A DNA stretch of 64,000 nt from an uncultured Treponema sp. Lineage in GTDB: Bacteria > Spirochaetota > Spirochaetia > Treponematales > Treponemataceae. The stretch covers positions 4,680 through 68,679 of the forward strand of contig CAMCRZ010000006.1 of assembly GCA_945877425.1 (NCBI GenBank), in the 5' to 3' direction. The first letter of the stretch is position 1; each line of letters starts with the position of its first letter. Of this stretch, positions 46,266 to 55,322 are shown piece by piece. The notes beneath the pieces are model-generated. The model saw only the letters and a list, made by a program, of their open reading frames with translations, was not told where the DNA came from and did no database searches. The translations under genes and the position numbers were made by a program.

Positions 46266-47261
46266 TTATTTGGTTATGTATTTTTCTGCCACTTTTTCAC
46301 ATTCTGCACGGATTTTTTCGCGCAGTTCTTGGGGCTTTATTACAGTGGCGTTGTTTCCAAAGCTTAAAAGCCAGGTGTAAATCATCTGCGACTGGTTCGA
46401 CTTGAATTTCAGTAAAACTGTTCCGTCTTCGTTTTGTTCAATAATCTGGTCTTTGTGCCATTCGCGCTCCAAAACATATCGGCTGGTTTCTTTTGCAAAT
46501 AAAATTTCGTATTCTTCAAACCGGTCGGGATTGTTCCAGATGCCTAATTCCAAATCAATATACTTTTTTATGTCAAAATCTTCTGATATTTTAAAAGATT
46601 CATTTTGTAATTGTGCATTTTGAATTCTTGCAAGTGAATAAGTTCTAAAATCACTTATCTCGTGTTCAAAACCGAAAGCATACCAGTTTCCTTTCTGGCA
46701 GATTACTTTATATGCGTTAAAAGTTTTTTCTTTCGGCTGCTGGCTTTTGGAACTTTGGTATTTTATGGAAAGAACTTTCCTGCTTTTTATAGCCTTAAAA
46801 ATCATATTAAAAATATTTTCGTCGATTTTTGGGAGCGGGTCTGAAATAAAGCTGATGTCCTGATTCAAAAAAGAAGAATTGACGCTCACCGTATCCGGCA
46901 AAAAATCAACAAGCTTTTTCATAATGTTTTTAAACGATGATTCAAGAGGTGTGTTTTTGTACTGTTCCATAAGAGGAAGAAGCGCGGAAACTGTAAAAAG
47001 TTCGCCTTCTGTTAAAATTACATTTGGAACAGAAAAAGTCGGGTCGGTGTAGTGATACATGTTTTTTGACTTGTCGTATTCAAGTGGCGCATTCAAGTCA
47101 TCACGAAGTCTCGCAAAATCACGCTCAACAGTGCGCTGCGAAACTCCAAATTTGCGTACAAGAGAGGCAATTTTAACATAAGAACCGCCGCGAAGCATTT
47201 CATCAATCTGAATGATGCGTGTAGTCCGGCGGATGTCATCGTTTTTCTGCAGTTTTCCCAT
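46266..47261 (-). CDS. HTH-WYL-WCX transcriptional regulator
   Basis: N-terminal wHTH 'LVRKFGVSQRTVERDFARLRD'; WYL 'GNWYAFG...FRTYSLARI'; WCX 'WLLSFGNNATVIKPQELR'. Confidence 0.93.
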   Translation of the reverse strand: MGKLQKNDDIRRTTRIIQIDEMLRGGSYVKIASLVRKFGVSQRTVERDFARLRDDLNAPLEYDKSKNMYHYTDPTFSVPNVILTEGELFTVSALLPLMEQYKNTPLESSFKNIMKKLVDFLPDTVSVNSSFLNQDISFISDPLPKIDENIFNMIFKAIKSRKVLSIKYQSSKSQQPKEKTFNAYKVICQKGNWYAFGFEHEISDFRTYSLARIQNAQLQNESFKISEDFDIKKYIDLELGIWNNPDRFEEYEILFAKETSRYVLEREWHKDQIIEQNEDGTVLLKFKSNQSQMIYTWLLSFGNNATVIKPQELREKIRAECEKVAEKYITK

Positions 47262-47267
47262 ATTATG

Positions 47268-47307
47268 ATTATAGCATTATAAATCAAAAGAGCGACATAT
47301 AATGTCG
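47268..47307 (-). promoter_or_regulatory. WYL/cas12a promoter: extended -10 plus palindromic operator CGACAT-ATA-ATGTCG
   Basis: TGCTATAAT at 47268-76, 6 nt before the ATG; palindrome at 47293-47307. Confidence 0.7.
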
Positions 47308-47356
47308 GAGTAAGCGAAAATTTAAACCGTCTTTGACTTTGGCAGATGCCAGGATT

Positions 47357-47941
47357 TCAATAATACTTCTCAATTCCTCCGAAGCCTTTTATCAATTTGC
47401 CGTCGCGAGTTTTGGAGATAAAGTTTTCAAGCCGCTTTTTAAACTCTTCCGGGCATTTTCGGGAAGCGTCAATATATGCAATGCGGATTCGTTTGTAGCC
47501 GTCGCCAAGGGTCTGGTAATTTTTCCAGGCAGAAGCATCATTTTTTATTGCAGCGATAATGTCATCAGGAAAAACATACGGCGAACGAATCAAAGGCAGA
47601 ACTTCCGCGCGGATTTCGTCCATCAAAAGATTATTTTTTTCAAGCCAGATGAGCCGTTCTATGTTCGGCCGGGAATACGTACTTCCCTTTTTGCGCGGCG
47701 TAAAATGCTGTGCCCGGTGAGTTCTGTCAATGTGCTTGATTGTGCTGTCAATCCAACCGAAACACAGCGCCTCCTCAACCGCATCATTATAAGAAAGACT
47801 TTCCTCGCCCGACTCTTTCATGGGAAAGACAAACCACACATCTTTTTGCGTCCTGTAATTTTCCAACAGCCAGGTGCGCCACACCGCCCTTGACGAAGTG
47901 TAAAAAATATTTTCCGTAATGCCGCACTGTTTTTCTTCCAT
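47357..47941 (-). CDS. YdeI/OmpD-associated (bacteriocin-protection-like) protein
   Basis: 'WRTWLLENY...YNDAVEEALCFGWIDS...FTPRKKGSTYS..N...RKCPEEFKKRL'. Confidence 0.88.
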   Translation of the reverse strand: MEEKQCGITENIFYTSSRAVWRTWLLENYRTQKDVWFVFPMKESGEESLSYNDAVEEALCFGWIDSTIKHIDRTHRAQHFTPRKKGSTYSRPNIERLIWLEKNNLLMDEIRAEVLPLIRSPYVFPDDIIAAIKNDASAWKNYQTLGDGYKRIRIAYIDASRKCPEEFKKRLENFISKTRDGKLIKGFGGIEKYY

Positions 47942-47980
47942 AGTAGTGACATTATATATGTTCAGTCTTGTTTTTTAAAT

Positions 47981-48290
47981 GAGGGGCGCCTGTTCTTGCC
48001 AGGAAGTGTACACTTTACGAAAAGTTCGTTGCAAATAAGTGGAAGCTTTAACTTTTACAACTAGAACTAAGAAAGAAGAATGAACCCTTACAAGCAGCGT
48101 CCTAGAATAAGCGGCAGCTCTTGGGCAAGTACGCCCGGACGGCGCCGCCTGTTCTTGCCAGGAAGTGCCAGCTTTACGAGAGGGACTTTGAAAATAAGCG
48201 GCAGCTTTAACTTTTACAATTAGTTGTATAAAAGAAGAGTGTATGCTTACGTGCAGCTTGGTTGTATGTAAGAGTCCGCTTTGAAACAAG
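47981..48290 (+). repeat. Two tandem 159-bp units of the same repeat family as 36932-37400
   Basis: Equivalent positions at 48039 and 48198; shares 'ctttaactttt(g/a)caactagaact' and 'ggcaagtacgccc'. Confidence 0.85.
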
Positions 48291-48355
48291 CTCACCCAAG
48301 TTCAGCACGAAGATGTAACTGTACAAAATTCACCTTTTAAAATATAATATATATA

Positions 48356-49618
48356 ATGAAGAATTTTAAAATCAAAGACAAAATTCTTTTCTTCACAGTT
48401 GCATTTGTATTTCTCTTTGCCTTGTTAATAGACGTTTGTTCACAAGAGATTATTTCCCGCATGATGGAAGCTGATATTTACAAAACAATAAACGGCGTAT
48501 GCTGTGAAACGTCTTACATTCTCAAGGAAAAGTATTCTACAGATTTTCGTATTGAAGAAGAAAAGCTTATTGCCGGAGACACAGTTCTTTCAAACGAACT
48601 TGAATTTCTTGATCACCTGAAAGAACATTTTGAATCGGAAATAAGTATTTTCTACGGAAACAAACGATACCTTACAACAATTCGGGGAAAAAACGGACTC
48701 AGGATTACAGGCACAGTTCAGGACAATGAAAAAATTATCTCAACAGTATTTCGTGGCAAAACATATCAGGCCCGGAACGTCATGATAAACGGCGACAAAT
48801 ATTATGGCGTATACCGTCCTCTGTGGAATTCTTCAAACGAAATATGCGGAATGGTATTTGCAGGCATTTCAACAAGCAGCGTAACTAATACAAAAATCCA
48901 TCTGCTCTTTACGATTTTGATTATATCAGCTGTTTCCTGCTTAGTGGGCATTCTCATAGTTTCAGTATTTACAAACCGAATGTGCATGGACTTGTACTAC
49001 ATCAGAGTGTTCCTTGACCGTCTTTCAAAAAACGAAATGGGCATAAGCTTAAACGAGTCAGTTTTACGGCGTCATGATGAAATCGGGGAACTTGGAGTTC
49101 ATTCAGTCCACATAAGCAGAAACATAACTGAACTTATGAACACTGATCCTCTTACGCACCTTATGAACAGACGTAGCGGCTTACAGCTTATCAAAACAAC
49201 ATGCAACAGAAACGTAATGGATTCACGGCCGCTTACTTTTGCCATGGGCGATATTGATTTTTTCAAGCAGGTAAATGACACTTACGGTCACGCAATCGGT
49301 GACGATGTCCTTATAAAAATTTCTGATATTATCAAGGATATGTGTGCTTCACCTGATTTTGCAATCCGATGGGGCGGCGAAGAATTTCTGCTTGTAATGC
49401 ACAAAACTCAGGAAGAAACAGTTGAAGTTCTGGAACAAATCCGCACTTGCGTAGAAAAACTTGACTTTGCAGCTCAGGACAAAATTTTCCGTGTAACAAT
49501 TACATTCGGTGTTTCACCTTTTACGCCTGGAGAAGACAGCTACGATACAATTCACCGTGCAGACACAAATCTGTACAAGGGAAAAGAATCAGGCAGAAAC
49601 ACTATCATTTCAGAGTAA
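48356..49618 (+). CDS. Cache-domain diguanylate cyclase
   Basis: TM-Cache-TM-HAMP-like, then 'DPLTHLMNRR...DIDFFKQVNDTYGH..GD...RWGGEEF'. Confidence 0.92.
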   Translation: MKNFKIKDKILFFTVAFVFLFALLIDVCSQEIISRMMEADIYKTINGVCCETSYILKEKYSTDFRIEEEKLIAGDTVLSNELEFLDHLKEHFESEISIFYGNKRYLTTIRGKNGLRITGTVQDNEKIISTVFRGKTYQARNVMINGDKYYGVYRPLWNSSNEICGMVFAGISTSSVTNTKIHLLFTILIISAVSCLVGILIVSVFTNRMCMDLYYIRVFLDRLSKNEMGISLNESVLRRHDEIGELGVHSVHISRNITELMNTDPLTHLMNRRSGLQLIKTTCNRNVMDSRPLTFAMGDIDFFKQVNDTYGHAIGDDVLIKISDIIKDMCASPDFAIRWGGEEFLLVMHKTQEETVEVLEQIRTCVEKLDFAAQDKIFRVTITFGVSPFTPGEDSYDTIHRADTNLYKGKESGRNTIISE

Positions 49619-49621
49619 ACT

Positions 49622-50098
49622 TTACTGCTGACCTGCTGTTTTTCTCTTGCGGTAATATTCAAGAATGCTTTTTACGTAAAGCTTGTCTTCGTGTGCAATG
49701 TGAGACAAAACCCAGTCATAAAGAAATTTTACGAACTTTAATGCTGACTTTATGTTGTTTTCATTTTGAACTGAGCGTGATGTCTGCAAGACAGTTTCTA
49801 TAAACTCGTCATGGCGCTTTTTGTGTTCAGCAAATCCCTCATACCCGCAGGCTTTCATAAGCGTTTCTTCATCTCTAAAATGGGTCTTTACATATTCAAC
49901 ACATTCATGAAGTGTATTTGAAAAAGAACATTCAAAGGCCGGCTTATTACTTTGCTGCAAAATTTCCTGGTAAAAATTATTGCACAGCTGCACAAGATTT
50001 TTATGCTGTTCATCTATAGTTGGAATTCCAAGTTCAAATTTCGAATCCCACTTTATGTAATTTTTATCACCTGTTTCAAAATATTCAGTTACATTCAT
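49622..50098 (-). CDS. Bacteriohemerythrin
   Basis: 'GIPTIDEQHKNL...YVKTHFRDEE..M...HKKRH...DWVLSHIAHED'. Confidence 0.93.
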   Translation of the reverse strand: MNVTEYFETGDKNYIKWDSKFELGIPTIDEQHKNLVQLCNNFYQEILQQSNKPAFECSFSNTLHECVEYVKTHFRDEETLMKACGYEGFAEHKKRHDEFIETVLQTSRSVQNENNIKSALKFVKFLYDWVLSHIAHEDKLYVKSILEYYRKRKTAGQQ

Positions 50099-50158
50099 AA
50101 AACTACTCTTTGCAATTATATTTATAAGACTATGCTTATATGTATCTGTAAAAATCCT

Positions 50159-50563
50159 TTACTCCAGCTTGCCTGTGTATTCAAGAATTCCGCCTATTTC
50201 AGTTACTTTTGTATATCCGTAGTCAGAAAGTTTTTGGGAAGCTTCTTTACTTCGCCTTCCGCTCCTGCAGTAAACAAAAACAGGTGTTTCTTTTGAAGGA
50301 AGAATTTGCAAAACTTTTTCTTCAGTCATTGTTTCGTTAGTAAGCAGAACTGCACCCGGAATGTGCCCGGAAGAATATTCATCATCACGGCGGACATCAA
50401 GCAAAACAGCACCTTCTGTTTCAGAAAGCATTTTAAGCCCTTCTTCCATTGAAACTGAAACGTAAGATTTTTTCTGTGTCTTAGCATTACATGAAAAAGA
50501 AAAACAAATCATCACTAAACTCAAAAATATAAAATTATAAATTTTCATAGCACCTTTTTTCAT
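50159..50563 (-). CDS. Rhodanese-like exported protein
   Basis: 'LLDVRRDDEYSSGHIPGA...YCRSGRRS'. Confidence 0.92.
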   Translation of the reverse strand: MKKGAMKIYNFIFLSLVMICFSFSCNAKTQKKSYVSVSMEEGLKMLSETEGAVLLDVRRDDEYSSGHIPGAVLLTNETMTEEKVLQILPSKETPVFVYCRSGRRSKEASQKLSDYGYTKVTEIGGILEYTGKLE

Positions 50564-50617
50564 AATATCACATATATAAAAAATTACAACAAAATTTCCT
50601 GCAGCTTACCTTGCATC

Positions 50618-51430
50618 TTACTGGCGGTCTTTTGTTTCATTGCATTTAAATCGCTTTATAAATTTCCTGTTTGCATTTTCCAGAGCAACGTTTGCATCAA
50701 CATTGTAAAGGCGGCACAACTCTACTGCTGAAAAAAGCAAATCGCCCAGTTCTTCTTCAACTTGAAAAGCATCACCTTTTTTTTCTGATGCGGAAACTTC
50801 ATCAAGATCTTTTGAAATTATATTTTTCACTTCCTGAATATCTTTTTTCTCAAAACCTGTTTTTGCAGCTTTCTTTAAAAGTTTGCCTGCTTTAAGTAAA
50901 GGCGGAAATCCCTTTGGCACTGAATCAAGTACGCTGGCAGTTTTTCTTCCTTCAACGTTTTCCTTTATCTTATCCCACTGAGACAAAATCTCTTCTTTCT
51001 TCAAATTCTTTTTGGCTTCACAAAATCCTTCGCTTATTTCACCAAAAACATGAGGATGACGCCGCACGATTTTTTCGCACACTTCGTTTACTGCATCTTT
51101 TACAGAAAAATTCTGTGACTGTTCAAAAATGTAAGTGGTAAGCATAAGGTTAAAAAAACAGTCGCCCAGTTCTTCTTTGCAATGCATCGGTTCACGGGAA
51201 GTAACTGCATCTATTGCTTCAAAAATTTCTTCAACAAGTGCATCCCGCAAAGAAAGAGGCGTCTGCTCCTTATCCCAGGGGCATCCGTTTTCGCCACGCA
51301 AAGTTTTTACAAGTTCATACAATCTGTTAAAGGCTGCAGCTGTTTCCGACTGATTTTTAATCTGCTGCGTTAAGTCTGATTCTTCCAAAACTTTCATTTT
51401 CATTACGCCATTACTTTTTTCTTTCCCCAT
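50618..51430 (-). CDS. mazG: MazG nucleoside triphosphate pyrophosphohydrolase
   Basis: 'LRGENGCPWDKEQT...EELGD...RRHPHVF', second 'EEELGDLLFS'. Confidence 0.93.
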   Translation of the reverse strand: MGKEKSNGVMKMKVLEESDLTQQIKNQSETAAAFNRLYELVKTLRGENGCPWDKEQTPLSLRDALVEEIFEAIDAVTSREPMHCKEELGDCFFNLMLTTYIFEQSQNFSVKDAVNEVCEKIVRRHPHVFGEISEGFCEAKKNLKKEEILSQWDKIKENVEGRKTASVLDSVPKGFPPLLKAGKLLKKAAKTGFEKKDIQEVKNIISKDLDEVSASEKKGDAFQVEEELGDLLFSAVELCRLYNVDANVALENANRKFIKRFKCNETKDRQ

Positions 51431-52056
51431 GGCTGAATTAAATTCTGAATGTCTTTTGAAGTAACGATTTTAGAAAATAATTCACTTGTTTTTGCAAACA
51501 CTTGCGAAAGAATAATTTTTTCATCATCAGTAAATGAACCTAAAACGTAATCTGCAACATTTCCGTTTGCCGGTTTTCCTACTCCAAATCTTAAGCGCCA
51601 GAAATCTGCGGTGCCAAGAACATTTTTTGCTGAACGCAAGCCGTTGTGTCCTCCAAGTCCGCCTGACCATTTTAAGCTGACAGTTCCTAAAGGAAGTTCA
51701 ATTTCATCATGGACAACTAAAATATCACTGGCAGGAATTTTGTAAAAACGTGCAGCTTCTCCAATTGCGTCTCCGCTTAAGTTCATGTAAGTAAGAGGTT
51801 TCATAAAATGAATTTTCGAAGGAGGATTTTCAGGAACAGGAAGTGTGCCGTTGCTTCTTTCCTTTATCAAATCATTTTCTTTAAGCCAGGAAATTAAATC
51901 CATGTAATCAACTGAAGAAAAGTCTGATTTAAATTTATTCTGCCACGAAATTTTTGAACTGAACGGAAGAGCGTTTTCAAAAAGCCATGCCGTGTTGTGC
52001 CGTGTCTGTGCATATTCGCTTCCATAATTTCCAAGATACGCTATCAACTGAATCAT
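51403..52056 (-). CDS. pth: Peptidyl-tRNA hydrolase
   Basis: 'YLGNYGSEYAQTRHN...KPLTYMNLSG...VVHDEI...GGHNGL...RLRFGVG'. Confidence 0.95.
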   Translation of the reverse strand: MIQLIAYLGNYGSEYAQTRHNTAWLFENALPFSSKISWQNKFKSDFSSVDYMDLISWLKENDLIKERSNGTLPVPENPPSKIHFMKPLTYMNLSGDAIGEAARFYKIPASDILVVHDEIELPLGTVSLKWSGGLGGHNGLRSAKNVLGTADFWRLRFGVGKPANGNVADYVLGSFTDDEKIILSQVFAKTSELFSKIVTSKDIQNLIQPWGKKKVMA

Positions 52057-52068
52057 TTTAAAATCCTT

Positions 52069-54006
52069 TTATTTTATTTTTTTTACAGCCAGAAGCCTGA
52101 GTGAATTTAAGACAGCAAGAAGAGTTACGCCTACATCACCAAAAACTGCCATCCACATATTTGCAATTCCGAATGTACAGCACACTATTATTGCAAATTT
52201 TACAGTTAAAGCAAATACGCTGTTTTCCAAAGCATTTACCATTGTCTTTTTTGCAATTGATATTGCCTGAGGAATTTTAGAAGGCATATCGTCCATTATG
52301 ACAACATCGGCTGCTTCTATTGCTGCGTCACTTCCCAAACCACCCATTGCAATTCCAATATCGCTGCGGCTTAAAACAGGTGCATCGTTTATTCCGTCAC
52401 CTGCAAATGCAACTCTTTCTTTTTTATTTTTAACTGCTGCAAGGAACTGCTCTATTTTTGAAACTTTATCCTGAGGCAAAAGTTCTGCGTAAACTTCATC
52501 AAGACCAAGTTTTTCTGCAACAGCTTTACCTGCATTTTTTCCATCGCCTGTAAGCATTACAGTTTTAATTTTATTTTTCTTAAGTTCATCTATTGCAAGT
52601 TTTGAATCATCTTTTTCTTTATCACTGATTTCAATGTGGCCTGCGTAAATTCCGTCAACTGCAATATGAACGATTGTTCCGCTTTTACATTGCTCACATT
52701 CACTGAAGTTTAAAACATTTTCTTTTTTCATCAGTTTTGAATTTCCTGCTAAAACTGTCTTGCCTTCAAGCCTGCACTTTATTCCGTGTCCTGAAATTTC
52801 TTCTGCATTTTCAAGTTCAAGAGTTTCGCATTTTTCACAATGATGAATGTTTTTAAGTGATTTTGAAATCGGATGTCCTGAGTAATATTCTGCGTGTGCT
52901 GCAATTTCAATCAGCTGTTCTTTAGAAAAATTTTCGTTTAAAAGATGAACGTTGCTTACTTCAAAAACGCCTTTCGTTAAAGTTCCTGTCTTGTCAAATA
53001 CAACTGTCTTTACGTGGCTCAGCATTTCAATGTAATTCGAACCTTTGATAAGAATTCCGTTTTTCGAAGCAAGTCCAATCCCGCTGAAAAAACTTAACGG
53101 CACAGAAATCACAAATGCACATGGACAGCTTACAACTAAAAGTTCCAGAGCACGATATATCCACTTGCTCCACAATCCGCTTTCTGAAGCAAAAACCAAC
53201 GGAGGAATTACGGCTATGCATAATGCAAGGAGACAGACGATTGGCGTGTATATTTTTGCAAACCGTCTGATAAATTTTTCTGATTTTGTTTTTTTGCCCT
53301 GAGCATTTTCTACCATTTCAAGAACACGGCTGACTGTACTTTCTGAAAAAACTTTTGTTACTTCAATTTCAAGAACGCCTGTTGTATTTACAAATCCGCT
53401 GAGAATTTCATCGCCTTCATAAATTTCTCTTGGAACACTTTCCCCTGTTAATGCTGATGTATCAACGAAAGATTTTCCCTTGATTATTTTTCCGTCCAGC
53501 GGAACTCTTTCGCCAGGCTTTACAATTATAATCTGCCCGATTTCTATTTGTTCAGGTGAAACTTCTTTTTCGCCGGTTTCAGTTTTTAAAGTTGCTGTGT
53601 CCGGTCTTATGTTCATTAAGTTTGTAATTGATTTTTTTGAATTGTCTAAAGCGCGTTCTTCTAAAAATTCACCTAACTGAAAAAGAATCATTACTGCAAC
53701 TGCTTCACTGTATTCGCCTATAAAAATTGCGCCTATAGTTGCTGCTGCCATTAAAAATTCTTCTCCGAAAAATTCGCCTTTTACAAGATTTTCAACTGCT
53801 TCTTTTATTACGCCTAAGCCGCACAAAATGTAAGACACTGCATAGAATGCCATAAACAAAATATTTAAAGGAAGCAAGCCGTAAGTTTCCCACAAAATTT
53901 TTTCTGAAAATATTCCAAGTGCAAACAATGCAGCTGCAAGAATTATTTTTTTTAGACTGATTTCCTCTTCGTGATTTTCATGTTCTGTGTGTTCTTTGTG
54001 TTCCAT
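52069..54006 (-). CDS. P1B-type Zn/Cd heavy-metal-translocating ATPase
   Basis: TGES, SCPC, DKTGTLT and GDGINDAP motifs; His-rich N-terminus. Confidence 0.96.
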   Translation of the reverse strand: MEHKEHTEHENHEEEISLKKIILAAALFALGIFSEKILWETYGLLPLNILFMAFYAVSYILCGLGVIKEAVENLVKGEFFGEEFLMAAATIGAIFIGEYSEAVAVMILFQLGEFLEERALDNSKKSITNLMNIRPDTATLKTETGEKEVSPEQIEIGQIIIVKPGERVPLDGKIIKGKSFVDTSALTGESVPREIYEGDEILSGFVNTTGVLEIEVTKVFSESTVSRVLEMVENAQGKKTKSEKFIRRFAKIYTPIVCLLALCIAVIPPLVFASESGLWSKWIYRALELLVVSCPCAFVISVPLSFFSGIGLASKNGILIKGSNYIEMLSHVKTVVFDKTGTLTKGVFEVSNVHLLNENFSKEQLIEIAAHAEYYSGHPISKSLKNIHHCEKCETLELENAEEISGHGIKCRLEGKTVLAGNSKLMKKENVLNFSECEQCKSGTIVHIAVDGIYAGHIEISDKEKDDSKLAIDELKKNKIKTVMLTGDGKNAGKAVAEKLGLDEVYAELLPQDKVSKIEQFLAAVKNKKERVAFAGDGINDAPVLSRSDIGIAMGGLGSDAAIEAADVVIMDDMPSKIPQAISIAKKTMVNALENSVFALTVKFAIIVCCTFGIANMWMAVFGDVGVTLLAVLNSLRLLAVKKIK

Positions 54007-54048
54007 ATTTTCCTCCTTGTGATTTTACTGAAAGACAGACTGAACTAT

Positions 54049-54357
54049 TCAGCCTTCCTGAATATGTTCCATTCCGATATTTAAAATGGAAAGCACGTGA
54101 TCGTCTGCAAGGAAATAAAAAATATTTTTTCCTTCCCGCCTGAATTTTACAAGGCCATTTGATTTTAAAACACGAAGCTGCTGACTTATGGCTGGCTGCG
54201 TCATGGAAAGTTCTTCTGCAATTTGAGAAACGTTTTTTTCATTCTGCAATAATGTAAACAAAATTTTTACTCTTGTAGAATCTCCGAAAATTTTAAACAG
54301 TTCTGCAAGATTGCAAAGCATTTCTTCATCTGGAAAAATTTCTGTTTTCTTTTTCAT
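54049..54357 (-). CDS. ArsR/SmtB metal-sensing repressor
   Basis: 'LAELFKIFGDSTRVKIL...SQQLRVLK...LADDHV...GMEH'. Confidence 0.94.
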   Translation of the reverse strand: MKKKTEIFPDEEMLCNLAELFKIFGDSTRVKILFTLLQNEKNVSQIAEELSMTQPAISQQLRVLKSNGLVKFRREGKNIFYFLADDHVLSILNIGMEHIQEG

Positions 54358-54404
54358 ATAAACATATTATCATTTAATTATATGTTTTGTCAATTATTTG
54401 TTTT

Positions 54405-54470
54405 CATGGCACTGGGCGGCGGTGCCTTGTACTTGCCAGGAAGTGCATGCTTTACAAGAGTGGCTGGCAG
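54405..54470 (+). repeat. Partial copy of the ~159-bp repeat family
   Basis: 'gggcggcggtgccttgtacttgccaggaagtgcatgctttac' aligns with the 48.1-kb unit. Confidence 0.6.
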
Positions 54471-54476
54471 AATAAA

Positions 54477-55322
54477 TTAAATACTCCTGAATTTAAGTTG
54501 TCCGTTTTCAAAATAGCCTATTTCTTTATATCCGGCTTTTATGGCAAAAGATTCTGCTTCATCAAACCAGTAGTCAATTTTGTCTGCATCGTGGGCATCA
54601 GAGTTTATTGTAACAGGAACATTTTTTTCTTTTAAAAGTTCAAGAAAATACAAAGAAGGATATGGCTCTTTTAAATTGCTTCTTGCAATTCCGCCAGTGT
54701 TGATTTCAACGCAAACACCAGACCTTGCAATTTCCCTTGCAAAAGCCTTTAACTCTTTTTTATACCAGCTTTCATTTTCAGAAAAAATTTCATATCTTGC
54801 ATTTTGCTTTTTAATTAAATCAGGGTGACCTAAAATGGAAAAACTGCATTTGGAAAGCATCTGCCTTTCGTTGTAAAAATATTCGCAGACAGCAGATTTT
54901 ACATTCCCTTTAAAATATTTGTTAAGCCTTTGTGCAAACTCATCAGGGGAATCATCAGCAACAATAAAACCGTTTTCGCCGGGAATGTAATGAACAGACC
55001 CAATTAAATAGTCAGGAGAAAATTCACTGTAGCATGAAAAATCAGGAAAACAAATTCCCTGAATGTAATCAGCTTCAAATCCAAGGAAAAATTTTATCTT
55101 GTCTTTAAACTCATTTTTTACAACACGAACTTCTTCCACGTAAGATTTAAAATCTTTAAGAGGAATGTGCCAGTCGCCTGCAAAGGGAAACATTGAATGA
55201 CCGCTAAAACCAAAATGAGTAAAGTTTTTTTTCACAGCAGCTTCCGCCATTTCCCTGATAGAAAATCTTCCGTCGCAAAAAGTTGAATGACTGTGATAAT
55301 TTGATTTTATCTGACTGTCCAT
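54477..55322 (-). CDS. HisJ-family PHP histidinol-phosphatase
   Basis: 'NYHSHSTFCDG...GFSGHS...IGSVH...GHPDL...INSDAH'. Confidence 0.88.
   Translation of the reverse strand: MDSQIKSNYHSHSTFCDGRFSIREMAEAAVKKNFTHFGFSGHSMFPFAGDWHIPLKDFKSYVEEVRVVKNEFKDKIKFFLGFEADYIQGICFPDFSCYSEFSPDYLIGSVHYIPGENGFIVADDSPDEFAQRLNKYFKGNVKSAVCEYFYNERQMLSKCSFSILGHPDLIKKQNARYEIFSENESWYKKELKAFAREIARSGVCVEINTGGIARSNLKEPYPSLYFLELLKEKNVPVTINSDAHDADKIDYWFDEAESFAIKAGYKEIGYFENGQLKFRSI

Noticed and set aside
47975-48295. 106-aa ORF with 53-aa periodicity
   Set aside because: Homologous units at 36.9-37.4 kb have frame-breaking indels, so the repeat is not conserved as coding.
50618-51430. mazG as partner of the MazF toxin (mazEFG)
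   Set aside because: It lies 8.5 kb away and overlaps pth in a housekeeping operon.
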